Position numbers and translations under genes: made by a program
The notes under the pieces: model-generated
Databases searched by the model: none
The model's input: only the letters and a program-made list of their open reading frames with translations
Told to the model about the DNA's origin: nothing
Assembly (NCBI GenBank): GCA_026414805.1
Contig: JAOAIH010000002.1
Span: forward strand, 7,156-71,155
Reading direction: 5' to 3'
Source of the DNA: Spirochaetota bacterium
GTDB taxonomy: Bacteria; Spirochaetota; UBA4802; UB4802
Length of the DNA: 64,000 nt
Shown here: one piece after another, positions 8,710-17,503 of the stretch
How the letters are laid out: every line of letters starts with the position of its first letter
Numbering within the stretch: position 1 is the stretch's first letter

Positions 8710-10670
8710 AACTCAGTTCTTCTATTCTTCTGCCTGCCTTCTTTAGTATCATTTGATGCAATTGGTTTTGTTTCGCCAAACCCTTTGGCGCTTATCCTTT
8801 CAGGGCTTATTCCATGCTTAATAATGTACTCACATACAGCATCTGCACGTTTTTCTGATAGCTTTTGATTATACAAATCATCGCCAATTGAATCTGTATG
8901 ACCCCAGACTTCAACCTTCAAATGAGGATTTACTTTCATCATTTCAACAAGTTTATCTAATATATTAATTGAATCTTTCCTGATATACCATTTGTCAAAA
9001 TCAAAGTGTATGTTGTCCACAACTACCGCTTTTCCTGGTTGTATCTGATCCAGCTTTACACTTAAATATTTGTCTGTTTTATTTATAATTACCTTTTTTG
9101 GTACATGGCCATCCGATTCAACAATCAGCTCAACATTATCTTTATCAGGAATAGAAATGTCCCCTTTGCCATTTACAGTTTCATTTTGGTTATAGTTGCC
9201 ATCTTCACCTTTGTAGTGAATAGTTATTTTTGATTTTAGAGGCACATTTTGATCGTTTGTAATTTCAACCGGCAATTTTCGTGTTGGGATTGGTTTTTGT
9301 TCTGCTTCTATTTCTTTCTGTGGTTGTGATTCGGGAGTTTTGGTTTTTTGAGCTAATTCCTTTTCAGATAATTGCTGCTGGGGTAATTTCAATTGTTCTT
9401 TTGTTTCATTCAAATTTGATTTATCAGATGTTGAATCCGATGCTAATCCCTTGTTGCCAATATATCCTGCACCAATTGCGTATAAATAATTACCTGCAGG
9501 TAAAAACAGGATGCCATCTGATGCAACTGGTTGCGAAACACCTCCGGGGAAAGGTGCAGTAAATTCCCACCATATATTGCCCCCACTAATGTAGATAGCT
9601 TTGACTTTTGCAACAGGTTGATTTTTATCATTCTGTTGATTATAAGCAATATATATGACATCACGGATAGTTACAAAATACGGTGATGATTGCTGTCCAA
9701 CAAATATGCTGGTAATTGTATTTCCGTTTTCGGGATTTATACCAACTATTGAAGCATTATCCAGTGAAAATAGTATTGATCTATCTGTGAAACTTAATGG
9801 TGAGGTAATTGTACCATTATATGTCTTTTGCCATAGTGTTTGGCCATTGGCAATATTCAAGCAATATATTGCATTGTTTAAAGGTACATATACATTTTTA
9901 TTCACGACAGGGGGTAGTATCGCAACTGGTTGATTAAAGTTTCTTTGCCAAACAACTTTCCCTGTTCTTTGTTCCAGACAAAATACGGTAAAAGTTTTTG
10001 TTTCGTAATTCATTGATTGTGTTATAATATATTGGTCATAGTAGACCGGAAAACCGCTATAGGTTGCTATATCTTTATTTTCCCATACAATATGACCATT
10101 TCTAATATCGCGTGATGCAAATATTTTGCGTGTACCATAGTAAATTAAATCTTGGTCAATAATAGGATCTGCATAAATTCCATCCACCGAAATCTGTGAT
10201 GTGATCCCTGTTAACCCTTGTGGCTTGGTTTCATCAACACGTAGTCCTGTTCTTGCCCAGATAACTTTACCTGTTTTCTTATCAAACGCGTAAATGGCTA
10301 TTGGGTCACTCACTACAACTGTATTGCCATACACCAGTGGATATTTGATTTTGCCAGCTGATTTTGAATATGCTTTAAATTGAGAAGAAATGGAACGTAT
10401 ATCGTTGAGCCATAAAATATTGCCCGAATCTTCATCAATGCAGTATAAGAACGCATTTTTATCTACAAAGTATATCCTGCCATCGCTTACAACTGGATTA
10501 AAAACCCTGTCCTTTGCTAAAAAGAGCCATTTTAACTGATTGTTTGAAACGATAATCTCATCGTTGTTGCCAGTAAAAAAAAGATTGCCTTTATAAATTG
10601 GCCAATCACCAGCTAATATTTTTGAAGCAATTGCAAGTAAAATAAATGTAAATAGTATAATTCTATGCAT
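8694..10670 (-). CDS. secreted PQQ-like beta-propeller repeat protein with C-terminal OmpA peptidoglycan-binding domain
   Basis: Signal peptide (MHRIILFTFILLAIASKILA). Repeated 'G.v.W......v.spvv.dg.iY' propeller blades. A Glu/Lys/Pro/Gln-rich linker. OmpA-C motif 'NPHLKVEVWGHTDSIGDDLYNQKLSEKRADAV'. Converges on recJ with a 16-bp overlap. Confidence 0.8.
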   Translation of the reverse strand: MHRIILFTFILLAIASKILAGDWPIYKGNLFFTGNNDEIIVSNNQLKWLFLAKDRVFNPVVSDGRIYFVDKNAFLYCIDEDSGNILWLNDIRSISSQFKAYSKSAGKIKYPLVYGNTVVVSDPIAIYAFDKKTGKVIWARTGLRVDETKPQGLTGITSQISVDGIYADPIIDQDLIYYGTRKIFASRDIRNGHIVWENKDIATYSGFPVYYDQYIITQSMNYETKTFTVFCLEQRTGKVVWQRNFNQPVAILPPVVNKNVYVPLNNAIYCLNIANGQTLWQKTYNGTITSPLSFTDRSILFSLDNASIVGINPENGNTITSIFVGQQSSPYFVTIRDVIYIAYNQQNDKNQPVAKVKAIYISGGNIWWEFTAPFPGGVSQPVASDGILFLPAGNYLYAIGAGYIGNKGLASDSTSDKSNLNETKEQLKLPQQQLSEKELAQKTKTPESQPQKEIEAEQKPIPTRKLPVEITNDQNVPLKSKITIHYKGEDGNYNQNETVNGKGDISIPDKDNVELIVESDGHVPKKVIINKTDKYLSVKLDQIQPGKAVVVDNIHFDFDKWYIRKDSINILDKLVEMMKVNPHLKVEVWGHTDSIGDDLYNQKLSEKRADAVCEYIIKHGISPERISAKGFGETKPIASNDTKEGRQKNRRTEFYFKS

Positions 10671-11000
10671 GGCCCTCCTCCTTACAATAATTGGATTTAA
10701 GCATTTTTGTTTTTAATTTTACATTTTGTATACGGTTTACCGCTTGAGTATACAACTTCTAAAAAATAAAGAATTTGTTGAAAAGATCTCTATTGCAACA
10801 TATTGTAAATTGTTTTTAAAGAATAAAGTTAGAGAAATGTCATTATCATCTATCAATTTTGGTATTTACTGATTATGTACCTTATTGCATAAATTACTGC
10901 AAGAAATAATTAATTAAAATTTTACAAATTGACAAATTTTATAACTTGATTTTGGTTATACAAAAATTTGATCAGAAATGAATAATAAACAATCCTTATT

Positions 11001-12575
11001 ATGAAAAGCCAATTGAAAGATAAAAGCTTTTTGAATACAGCAATGGTTGCCACTGGTATTTTCTTAAGCAGAATTGCTGGTCTTATTCGCGATAGAGTGT
11101 TTGCACATTATTTTGGAAATTCAGATGCTGCTGATGCCTTTAGAGCTGCCTTTCGCATACCAAATTTTTTGCAAAACCTATTTGGTGAAGGTGTGCTATC
11201 GGCTTCATTTATTCCGGTTTATGCAAAACTAATAGCAGAAAATAAACAAAAGGAAGCAACCAAGCTAGCACATACAATTGCGGGAATACTTTCAATACTT
11301 GTTTCATCCTTAGTGCTTGTTGGCATGCTTGTCACCCCGTTTCTCATTGATATCATTGCTCCAGGATTTCAAGGTCACAAGCGGGAGTTAACAATCTTGC
11401 TTGTTCGCATATTTTTCCCTGGTGCAGGCATTCTTGTATTTTCAGCTCTGTGCCTTGGAATTTTAAATAGCCATGGTAAGTTTTTTTTATCCTACAGCGC
11501 TCCTGTGTTATGGAATGTCATAATCATTATTACTCTTGTTTTTTTTGGCGATAGCTCCTCACAAAATAACTTGGCTATGTACACTGCATTAGGATCAGTT
11601 GCAGGTAGTTTAATGCAGTTAATAATACAATTACCATTTGTAATAAAAATAATACAAAATCTTCGATTACAATTCTCATTTAGAAGCACGGAAGTAAAAA
11701 CTGTCATTAATAATTTTATTCCTGTGTTTATTGGGCGCGGAGTAGTGCAGGTCAGTGCATACGTTGATTCATTGCTTGCCAGTTTGCTCCCAACTGGAGC
11801 TGTCGCCGCATTGTCCTATGCGCAAACACTGTATATGCTACCAATTAGTTTGTTTGGAATGTCAGTATCAGCAGCTGAATTGCCTGCAATGTCAAAAGTA
11901 ACTGGTGAAAAAGAAGAAATATTTAAAAAACTGCGTGAAAGAATAAACAACTCAATTAAGAGAATAGCATTTTATGTGGTTCCATCTACAGTTGCATTTT
12001 TTATCCTGGGTGATGTGATTGTAGGGGCAATTTATCAAACAGGTGAATTTACTAATAAGGATACTACATATGTATGGTTAGTACTTGCAGGGTCAACTGT
12101 TGGGTTGCTAGCAATAACGCAAAGTAGGTTATATTCATCTGCATTTTATGCAATGAACGATACAAAGACTCCATTAAAATTTGCTATAATACGTGTTGCC
12201 CTGGCAAGTTTACTAGGTTTTTTTGCTTCACAGTATGGCCCAACACTTTTGGGGATAAACAAACTATATGGGACAGTGGGGATAACCGCTGCTTCAGGTT
12301 TTTCAGGATGGATTGAATATAAATTATTGCAAACAGCTATTTCTAAAAAAATAGGGAAAGTTGGATTACATAAACGCTATCTATTTTATCTATGGGCAAG
12401 TGCGCTCATTGCAGTATCAATAGTTTTGATAATTAAATTGTATGTTCATTATCATCCAATAATTCTAGCAATGATATTGTTGCCCATGTATGGTTTTTTT
12501 TATTTTATTTGTGCGTATATTTTAAAGATTGAAGAAATGAATAATATATTGAAAATGATGCGCTTAAAAAAGTAA
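11001..12575 (+). CDS. murJ: lipid II flippase MurJ/MviN
   Basis: 524-aa polytopic membrane protein with the conserved MurJ N-terminus (RIAGLIRDRVFAHYFG...DAFRAAFRIPNFLQNLFGEG). Confidence 0.9.
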   Translation: MKSQLKDKSFLNTAMVATGIFLSRIAGLIRDRVFAHYFGNSDAADAFRAAFRIPNFLQNLFGEGVLSASFIPVYAKLIAENKQKEATKLAHTIAGILSILVSSLVLVGMLVTPFLIDIIAPGFQGHKRELTILLVRIFFPGAGILVFSALCLGILNSHGKFFLSYSAPVLWNVIIIITLVFFGDSSSQNNLAMYTALGSVAGSLMQLIIQLPFVIKIIQNLRLQFSFRSTEVKTVINNFIPVFIGRGVVQVSAYVDSLLASLLPTGAVAALSYAQTLYMLPISLFGMSVSAAELPAMSKVTGEKEEIFKKLRERINNSIKRIAFYVVPSTVAFFILGDVIVGAIYQTGEFTNKDTTYVWLVLAGSTVGLLAITQSRLYSSAFYAMNDTKTPLKFAIIRVALASLLGFFASQYGPTLLGINKLYGTVGITAASGFSGWIEYKLLQTAISKKIGKVGLHKRYLFYLWASALIAVSIVLIIKLYVHYHPIILAMILLPMYGFFYFICAYILKIEEMNNILKMMRLKK

Positions 12576-12619
12576 AAAATTTAAAAAGAGAAAGTATAAA
12601 ACCAGCTAACTCTTATTTA

Positions 12620-13555
12620 TTATAATACTATGCCTTTAATCCATTCAACCATTCTTTTTTGTTGTTCGATGCCACCAGCGCTATGCCCTTCTTCAGGATA
12701 TACTTCAATTGTTTTGTCACACCTTAAATGATTAAATAATGCAAACACACATTCTGCTGGTGATAATATATCCTTAAATCCAACAATTGTCAAAACAGGG
12801 CAGGTAACTTGATTAACAAATTGCAATGTATCAAAATAACTAAGATTTTTCTTTATAAGAGATTTTTTACTTCGATGTTGTTCAATAAAAGAGTTTATCT
12901 CATTTGCAATAGTGCTTTTTGCAATATTCTGAGCCATTTCAAGATAGCAAAATGAGGGTGTATCCAGAACAAGCGCTACAACTCTGTTGGAATTAGCTGC
13001 GGTGAAGACCGCCACTGCTGAGCCCAATCCCTTGCCAATAATTGCTATTTTGCTGCAATCAAGTTCATTGTGCAATCGTAGCGCATCAATTGTTCTTAGT
13101 CCATCTAAGTACAGTCCTTTAACATAATATTCATCTTTATCAAGCAAACCTTCGGCCATAAATCCAGGATATTTATTTTCTTCTTGATCAAAATGCATAA
13201 TGTTGCGATGCCCACGTAATTCCACAAAACAATAAGCAAATGGCAAATCAATTGGAAACTGAGAGTAACTTTCCATGTCATCATAATCATGAAATAATAT
13301 TACAACCCGTGGTTTTGTAATTTTATCTGGAATGTAGAGTGTTGCAAAAAGTTGCATTTTATTATATCCAACATACGTCATATCATACGCTGAAAATTTA
13401 CCTGTTGATTTTCGTTTGTTATGTACATACTGCACATCAATGGGTATTTTCTTTAATTCATTTATTGCATTTTGCCAGAATGTATCAAAATTTTCCGGAT
13501 GGGATATTCTGGGAAGGTGTAAAAAATATCTGTCAAAATCACTTACTAATGCCAT
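12620..13555 (-). CDS. acetyl xylan esterase/cephalosporin-C deacetylase (AXE1) family homolog, nucleophile elbow non-canonical
   Basis: AXE1 N-terminal signature 'DFDTFWQNAINELKKIP', 'YPGFMAEGLLDKDEYY', and C-terminal Asp/His regions ('GFKDILSP', 'EEGHSAGG'). The expected GGSQGG nucleophile elbow reads 'IIGKGLGSA'. Confidence 0.7.
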   Translation of the reverse strand: MALVSDFDRYFLHLPRISHPENFDTFWQNAINELKKIPIDVQYVHNKRKSTGKFSAYDMTYVGYNKMQLFATLYIPDKITKPRVVILFHDYDDMESYSQFPIDLPFAYCFVELRGHRNIMHFDQEENKYPGFMAEGLLDKDEYYVKGLYLDGLRTIDALRLHNELDCSKIAIIGKGLGSAVAVFTAANSNRVVALVLDTPSFCYLEMAQNIAKSTIANEINSFIEQHRSKKSLIKKNLSYFDTLQFVNQVTCPVLTIVGFKDILSPAECVFALFNHLRCDKTIEVYPEEGHSAGGIEQQKRMVEWIKGIVL

Positions 13556-13564
13556 TGAACTTTA

Positions 13565-13969
13565 TCACTGGTGTATTAATTTATACAGAAAAATATAGTT
13601 TGTTTTAAGTATAATATATATAAGCATTGTTAAAACTATTATAATTGCGACTATTATTAAAATAGACAATAAATATCGTAATGGCGTTACAATAGTATTT
13701 TTGATACTTATTTTAATTGGAATCCCCACTTTGTTAAAAGATATTATTCTATAAATAATAAAATAGATAAAGAATGCAATCAATCCTGTATACATGCACA
13801 TTTCAACAATTTTGGTGAAGATACTGGGGTTTATTTCTGAAAAAAGGACAATAGGGAAAATAAGAATATTTGAAATTAATATAATTACTAATAAACTGGC
13901 AAGTATAGCAATACAAAGTGTTATAGAATGCCAAACAATTATTTTAAGTGGAGCATTATTTTGACTCAT
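13565..13969 (-). CDS. small integral membrane protein (3-4 TM), unknown function
   Basis: 134-aa ORF that is strongly hydrophobic. Overlaps the downstream HEAT-repeat gene start by 14 bp. Confidence 0.45.
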   Translation of the reverse strand: MSQNNAPLKIIVWHSITLCIAILASLLVIILISNILIFPIVLFSEINPSIFTKIVEMCMYTGLIAFFIYFIIYRIISFNKVGIPIKISIKNTIVTPLRYLLSILIIVAIIIVLTMLIYIILKTNYIFLYKLIHQ

Positions 13970-15152
13970 CTATTTGTTCACCCATCTCTTTTAATGCTTC
14001 TTTAGCTGCTTTCTGTACTTTGGGACTTGGATCATATTGCATTTTATATTTTAAAATGTCAATAGTTCTTTTGTCTTTTAATTCTTTCATAAGCTCAACA
14101 GCACGCAGACGTACCACTGGATTGTTACTGCGCAATGATTCCATTAAACGGGGTATTGCGTTGCTGTCACCCATTTTAACCAGTGCCGCAGTGCAATACA
14201 TTGAAAAAGAATAATAATCTTTTCTTTTATTTACCGGGTAACTGTCAATTTCTTTTATTATTTCAAGTAAATCCATAGCAGTATCCTTTGCACCTATTTT
14301 TGCAAGTGCAACAGCTGCATAGGAACGCAGGGTTATATCTTCCTCTTTATCTTTCACAATTCCAAGAAGAAAATCTTTGGAAGTAATATCTTCTAAATCA
14401 CCAAGGAATAAAATAAACAGTTGCCTAAGATTATCTGTTGTTTTTGTATCTTTTATATGTTCAACAGCAAAATCTTTTAATTCAGTTGCTTTTAACTTGC
14501 CCAATGTGCGTATAAGTGCTTCGGTAAAATTGGAATTTTCAGTAAATTTTTGTTCTTTCAGAATCTTTATTAACTGTGGTATTGCCTCTGTTGCTTTCAA
14601 GGTATCTATGGCATATACTGCTGCAATTTTAACTTCTTCTGAGGGATCGTTTAAGGAGGCAACTATCCATGTAGTTGATGAACTGCTTTTGAGTTCACTT
14701 ACAACAGTAATTGCTGTACGTTTAACTTCTGGGTTTGATTCTTGTGGCATCAATTCATTCAAAAGTAGGATGACTTCGTTTTTATTGGTATCATCTTTTA
14801 GAGTTAACGTTGATTTTATGGCTTCTATCCTGTCATCATGAATGCCATATTGAATTGTTTTTTTAATCCATTCGGTCTTTTTCTTTTCTGCTTCGGCTTT
14901 TTTATCCTGGGAACTATCCTTCTTCTGATCATCTGTTGTTTTTTTAAGTTCAGGCTGCTTCACATTTGTTTTAACTTTATCATCTTTTTCTTGTGAAGAT
15001 TTTGTTTCTGTAGATGATATGGTACTTTCTGCAGATTTTTTCTGTGAGCTGTCACCAGTTATATCTATATTCTTCTTTTGATCAGACTGGGCATATATTA
15101 TTGCATTCATAAAAAGTAAAATAATAATATATAGAAGTATTTTCCTCATCAC
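13956..15152 (-). CDS. secreted HEAT/PBS-lyase-like repeat protein
   Basis: Signal peptide, a Lys/Glu/Ser-rich low-complexity linker, then several HEAT-like repeats ('NPEVKRTAITVVSELK', 'DPSEEVKIAAVYAIDTLKATEAIPQLIKIL', 'NNPVVRLRAVELMKELKDKRTIDIL', 'DPSPKVQKAAKEAL'). Confidence 0.6.
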   Translation of the reverse strand: MMRKILLYIIILLFMNAIIYAQSDQKKNIDITGDSSQKKSAESTISSTETKSSQEKDDKVKTNVKQPELKKTTDDQKKDSSQDKKAEAEKKKTEWIKKTIQYGIHDDRIEAIKSTLTLKDDTNKNEVILLLNELMPQESNPEVKRTAITVVSELKSSSSTTWIVASLNDPSEEVKIAAVYAIDTLKATEAIPQLIKILKEQKFTENSNFTEALIRTLGKLKATELKDFAVEHIKDTKTTDNLRQLFILFLGDLEDITSKDFLLGIVKDKEEDITLRSYAAVALAKIGAKDTAMDLLEIIKEIDSYPVNKRKDYYSFSMYCTAALVKMGDSNAIPRLMESLRSNNPVVRLRAVELMKELKDKRTIDILKYKMQYDPSPKVQKAAKEALKEMGEQIDESK

Positions 15153-15360
15153 CTTCTCTCAATGAAAAAGATATCATTATATAGTAACTATCGGCCTAAT
15201 ACTTCAAGTCATTTTATGTTCTTTGCAGTAAAATTAAATAATTTATAATAAAATCAAGATTGTAACATAAAGATGTAAAATTTTCCTTATTTATTATCTT
15301 GACTATCATATACTATTACATATATTGTATATAATTAATTCAGAAAAAGGGAAATATGCT

Positions 15361-16665
15361 ATGAAATTACGATTACTCACCATACTATATATTGTAATAA
15401 CAATTTTACTTTCTGATAAAACGGTATTTGCAGCGGATAAATATGCATTGATTGAATTAAATGGTTCGGTCAACCCTGTGATTGCAGAGTATATTGTAAA
15501 TGCAATAAAGAAAGCCAATCAGGATAATATGCAATTTGTACTCATGGTGATGGACACGCCTGGTGGTTTACTCAATTCAATGCGTGATATTATTAAGGCA
15601 ATACTTGATTCGGAAATTCCGGTCATAGTATACACCTATCCTAAAGGAGCACAGGCAGCATCAGCTGGTGGTTTTATAATGATTGCTGCACATATTGCAG
15701 CAATGTCACCGGGTACTGAAATAGGTGCAATGCATCCTGTAAGCCCTTTTTTAAATTTCAGTCCGGATGAGAAGCAGTCGGGAGTGATGGAAAAAAAAGT
15801 GCTGAATGATACTGTAGCCTATGCTAAAAGTTTAGCAGAAATGCGTAAACGTAATATTAACTGGGTAGAAAAGGCAGTAAGGGAAGCCATATCAAGCACC
15901 AATAATGAAGCATTGCGATTAGGTGTTATTGATATAGTTGCAAATGACATAAACGACCTTCTGGCACAAATTGATGGAAAAAAAATTAAAACCAAAGACA
16001 GTACTGTTGTGTTGAAAACAAAAAACATCCAGCAGCAACTCTATGCAATGGACTGGAAAGAAAAGATTTTAAACTATTTTGCTGACCCGCAGATGGTATT
16101 CTTTTTATTTATTATTGCTGTTGTAGGCATTGGTTTTGAGCTAAAAAATCCAGGCATGATAGTTCCCGGTGTAATTGGGGCTATTGCATTGTTTCTATTT
16201 TTGCTGGCTATCAAAGTACTTCCAATAAATTTTGCTGGACTTACTTTTATTATTCTTGCTATAATCCTGTTTATACTGGAGTTGAAATTTACAAGTTACG
16301 GGTTATTGACATTGGCAGGAATTGTATCGTTTGTTATTGGATCCATGATACTGTTTGATTCGCCATTGCCGGGCGGCCAAATACCACTTACTTCAATTAT
16401 TACCGTGCTGGCAGTACTTTTGCTTTTTATCTTTGTAGTAGTTCGTGCAGTGATTAAGGTACACACTCAAAAAGCTGTTACCGGAATTGAGGGAATGATT
16501 GGAGAAAAGGGTATTGCAACAGCTGATTTTACTAGCCGAGGAACTGTTGAAGTACATGGTGAACTGTGGACTGCTATTACGGATGAGCCTTTGCAAAAGG
16601 GAGATACTGTTGAAGTGGTAAAAATGGAAGGAATGGTAGTGCATGTAAAAAAAATACAGCAATAA
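15361..16665 (+). CDS. nfeD: membrane-bound ClpP-class serine protease NfeD
   Basis: Signal/TM, a ClpP-like domain ('MDTPGGLLNSMRDII', 'AASAGGFIMIAAHIAAMSPGTEIGAMHP'), a multi-TM region and a C-terminal OB-fold. Start assigned to ATG 15361 (MKLRLLTIL); the ORF is open from 15325. Confidence 0.85.
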   Translation: MKLRLLTILYIVITILLSDKTVFAADKYALIELNGSVNPVIAEYIVNAIKKANQDNMQFVLMVMDTPGGLLNSMRDIIKAILDSEIPVIVYTYPKGAQAASAGGFIMIAAHIAAMSPGTEIGAMHPVSPFLNFSPDEKQSGVMEKKVLNDTVAYAKSLAEMRKRNINWVEKAVREAISSTNNEALRLGVIDIVANDINDLLAQIDGKKIKTKDSTVVLKTKNIQQQLYAMDWKEKILNYFADPQMVFFLFIIAVVGIGFELKNPGMIVPGVIGAIALFLFLLAIKVLPINFAGLTFIILAIILFILELKFTSYGLLTLAGIVSFVIGSMILFDSPLPGGQIPLTSIITVLAVLLLFIFVVVRAVIKVHTQKAVTGIEGMIGEKGIATADFTSRGTVEVHGELWTAITDEPLQKGDTVEVVKMEGMVVHVKKIQQ

Positions 16666-16740
16666 TATGTTACTATAATTTAAATAAATATTTACCAAAA
16701 GTCTTAATAGTAAACATAAAACTAATTTAGGAGGAAAACA

Positions 16741-17502
16741 ATGTTTGAAGCGTTACCAACACTTATAATCCTTTTGATTTTATTAGCCGTATCATCAATA
16801 AAAATAATACGGGAATACGAACGAGCTGTTGTATTCAGGTTGGGTCGTTTACTACAACCGCCAACAGGTCCTAAAGGACCAGGACTGGTAATTATTATTC
16901 CCTTTGTTGATAAGATGATGAGGGTAAGTTTAAGAACGGTTGCAATGGATGTGCCACCTCAGGATGTCATCACCCGTGACAATGTTTCGGTTAAGGTTAA
17001 TGCAGTAGTGTATTTCCGGGTTATTGAGCCTAATAAAGCAATTACTGAAGTTGAAGATTATCTCTATGCTACATCGCAATTAGCTCAAACAACATTACGT
17101 AGCATCCTTGGAATGGTTGAACTTGATGATTTGCTTGCCGATAGAGAACGTATCAATCATGAACTTCAGAAAATACTGGATAAACAGACCGATCCCTGGG
17201 GCATAAAAGTGACCGCAGTTGAGATTAAGCATGTTGACCTGCCACAGGAGATGCAGCGTGCAATGGCAAAACAGGCTGAAGCAGAACGTGAGCGAAGAGC
17301 TAAGGTTATAAATGCTGAAGGTGAATTTCAGGCAGCCTCAAAAATGGTTGATGCTGCAAAATTAATGGAACCTCATCCCATAGCATTGCAATTACGGTAT
17401 TTGCAAACGCTGAGGGAAGTGGCAACTGAAAAGAATTCCACTACATTGTTCCCAATACCTATTGATTTAGTTGAACCATTTTTAGCAGGGCGTAAAAAAT
17501 AA
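16741..17502 (+). CDS. SPFH/band-7 (stomatin-like) protein
   Basis: Strong AGGAGG Shine-Dalgarno. N-terminal TM followed by an SPFH domain ('[16 protein letters not shown]', '[17 protein letters not shown]') and a coiled-coil tail. Forms the classic NfeD-stomatin operon pair. Confidence 0.9.
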   Translation: MFEALPTLIILLILLAVSSIKIIREYERAVVFRLGRLLQPPTGPKGPGLVIIIPFVDKMMRVSLRTVAMDVPPQDVITRDNVSVKVNAVVYFRVIEPNKAITEVEDYLYATSQLAQTTLRSILGMVELDDLLADRERINHELQKILDKQTDPWGIKVTAVEIKHVDLPQEMQRAMAKQAEAERERRAKVINAEGEFQAASKMVDAAKLMEPHPIALQLRYLQTLREVATEKNSTTLFPIPIDLVEPFLAGRKK

Positions 17503-17503
17503 A

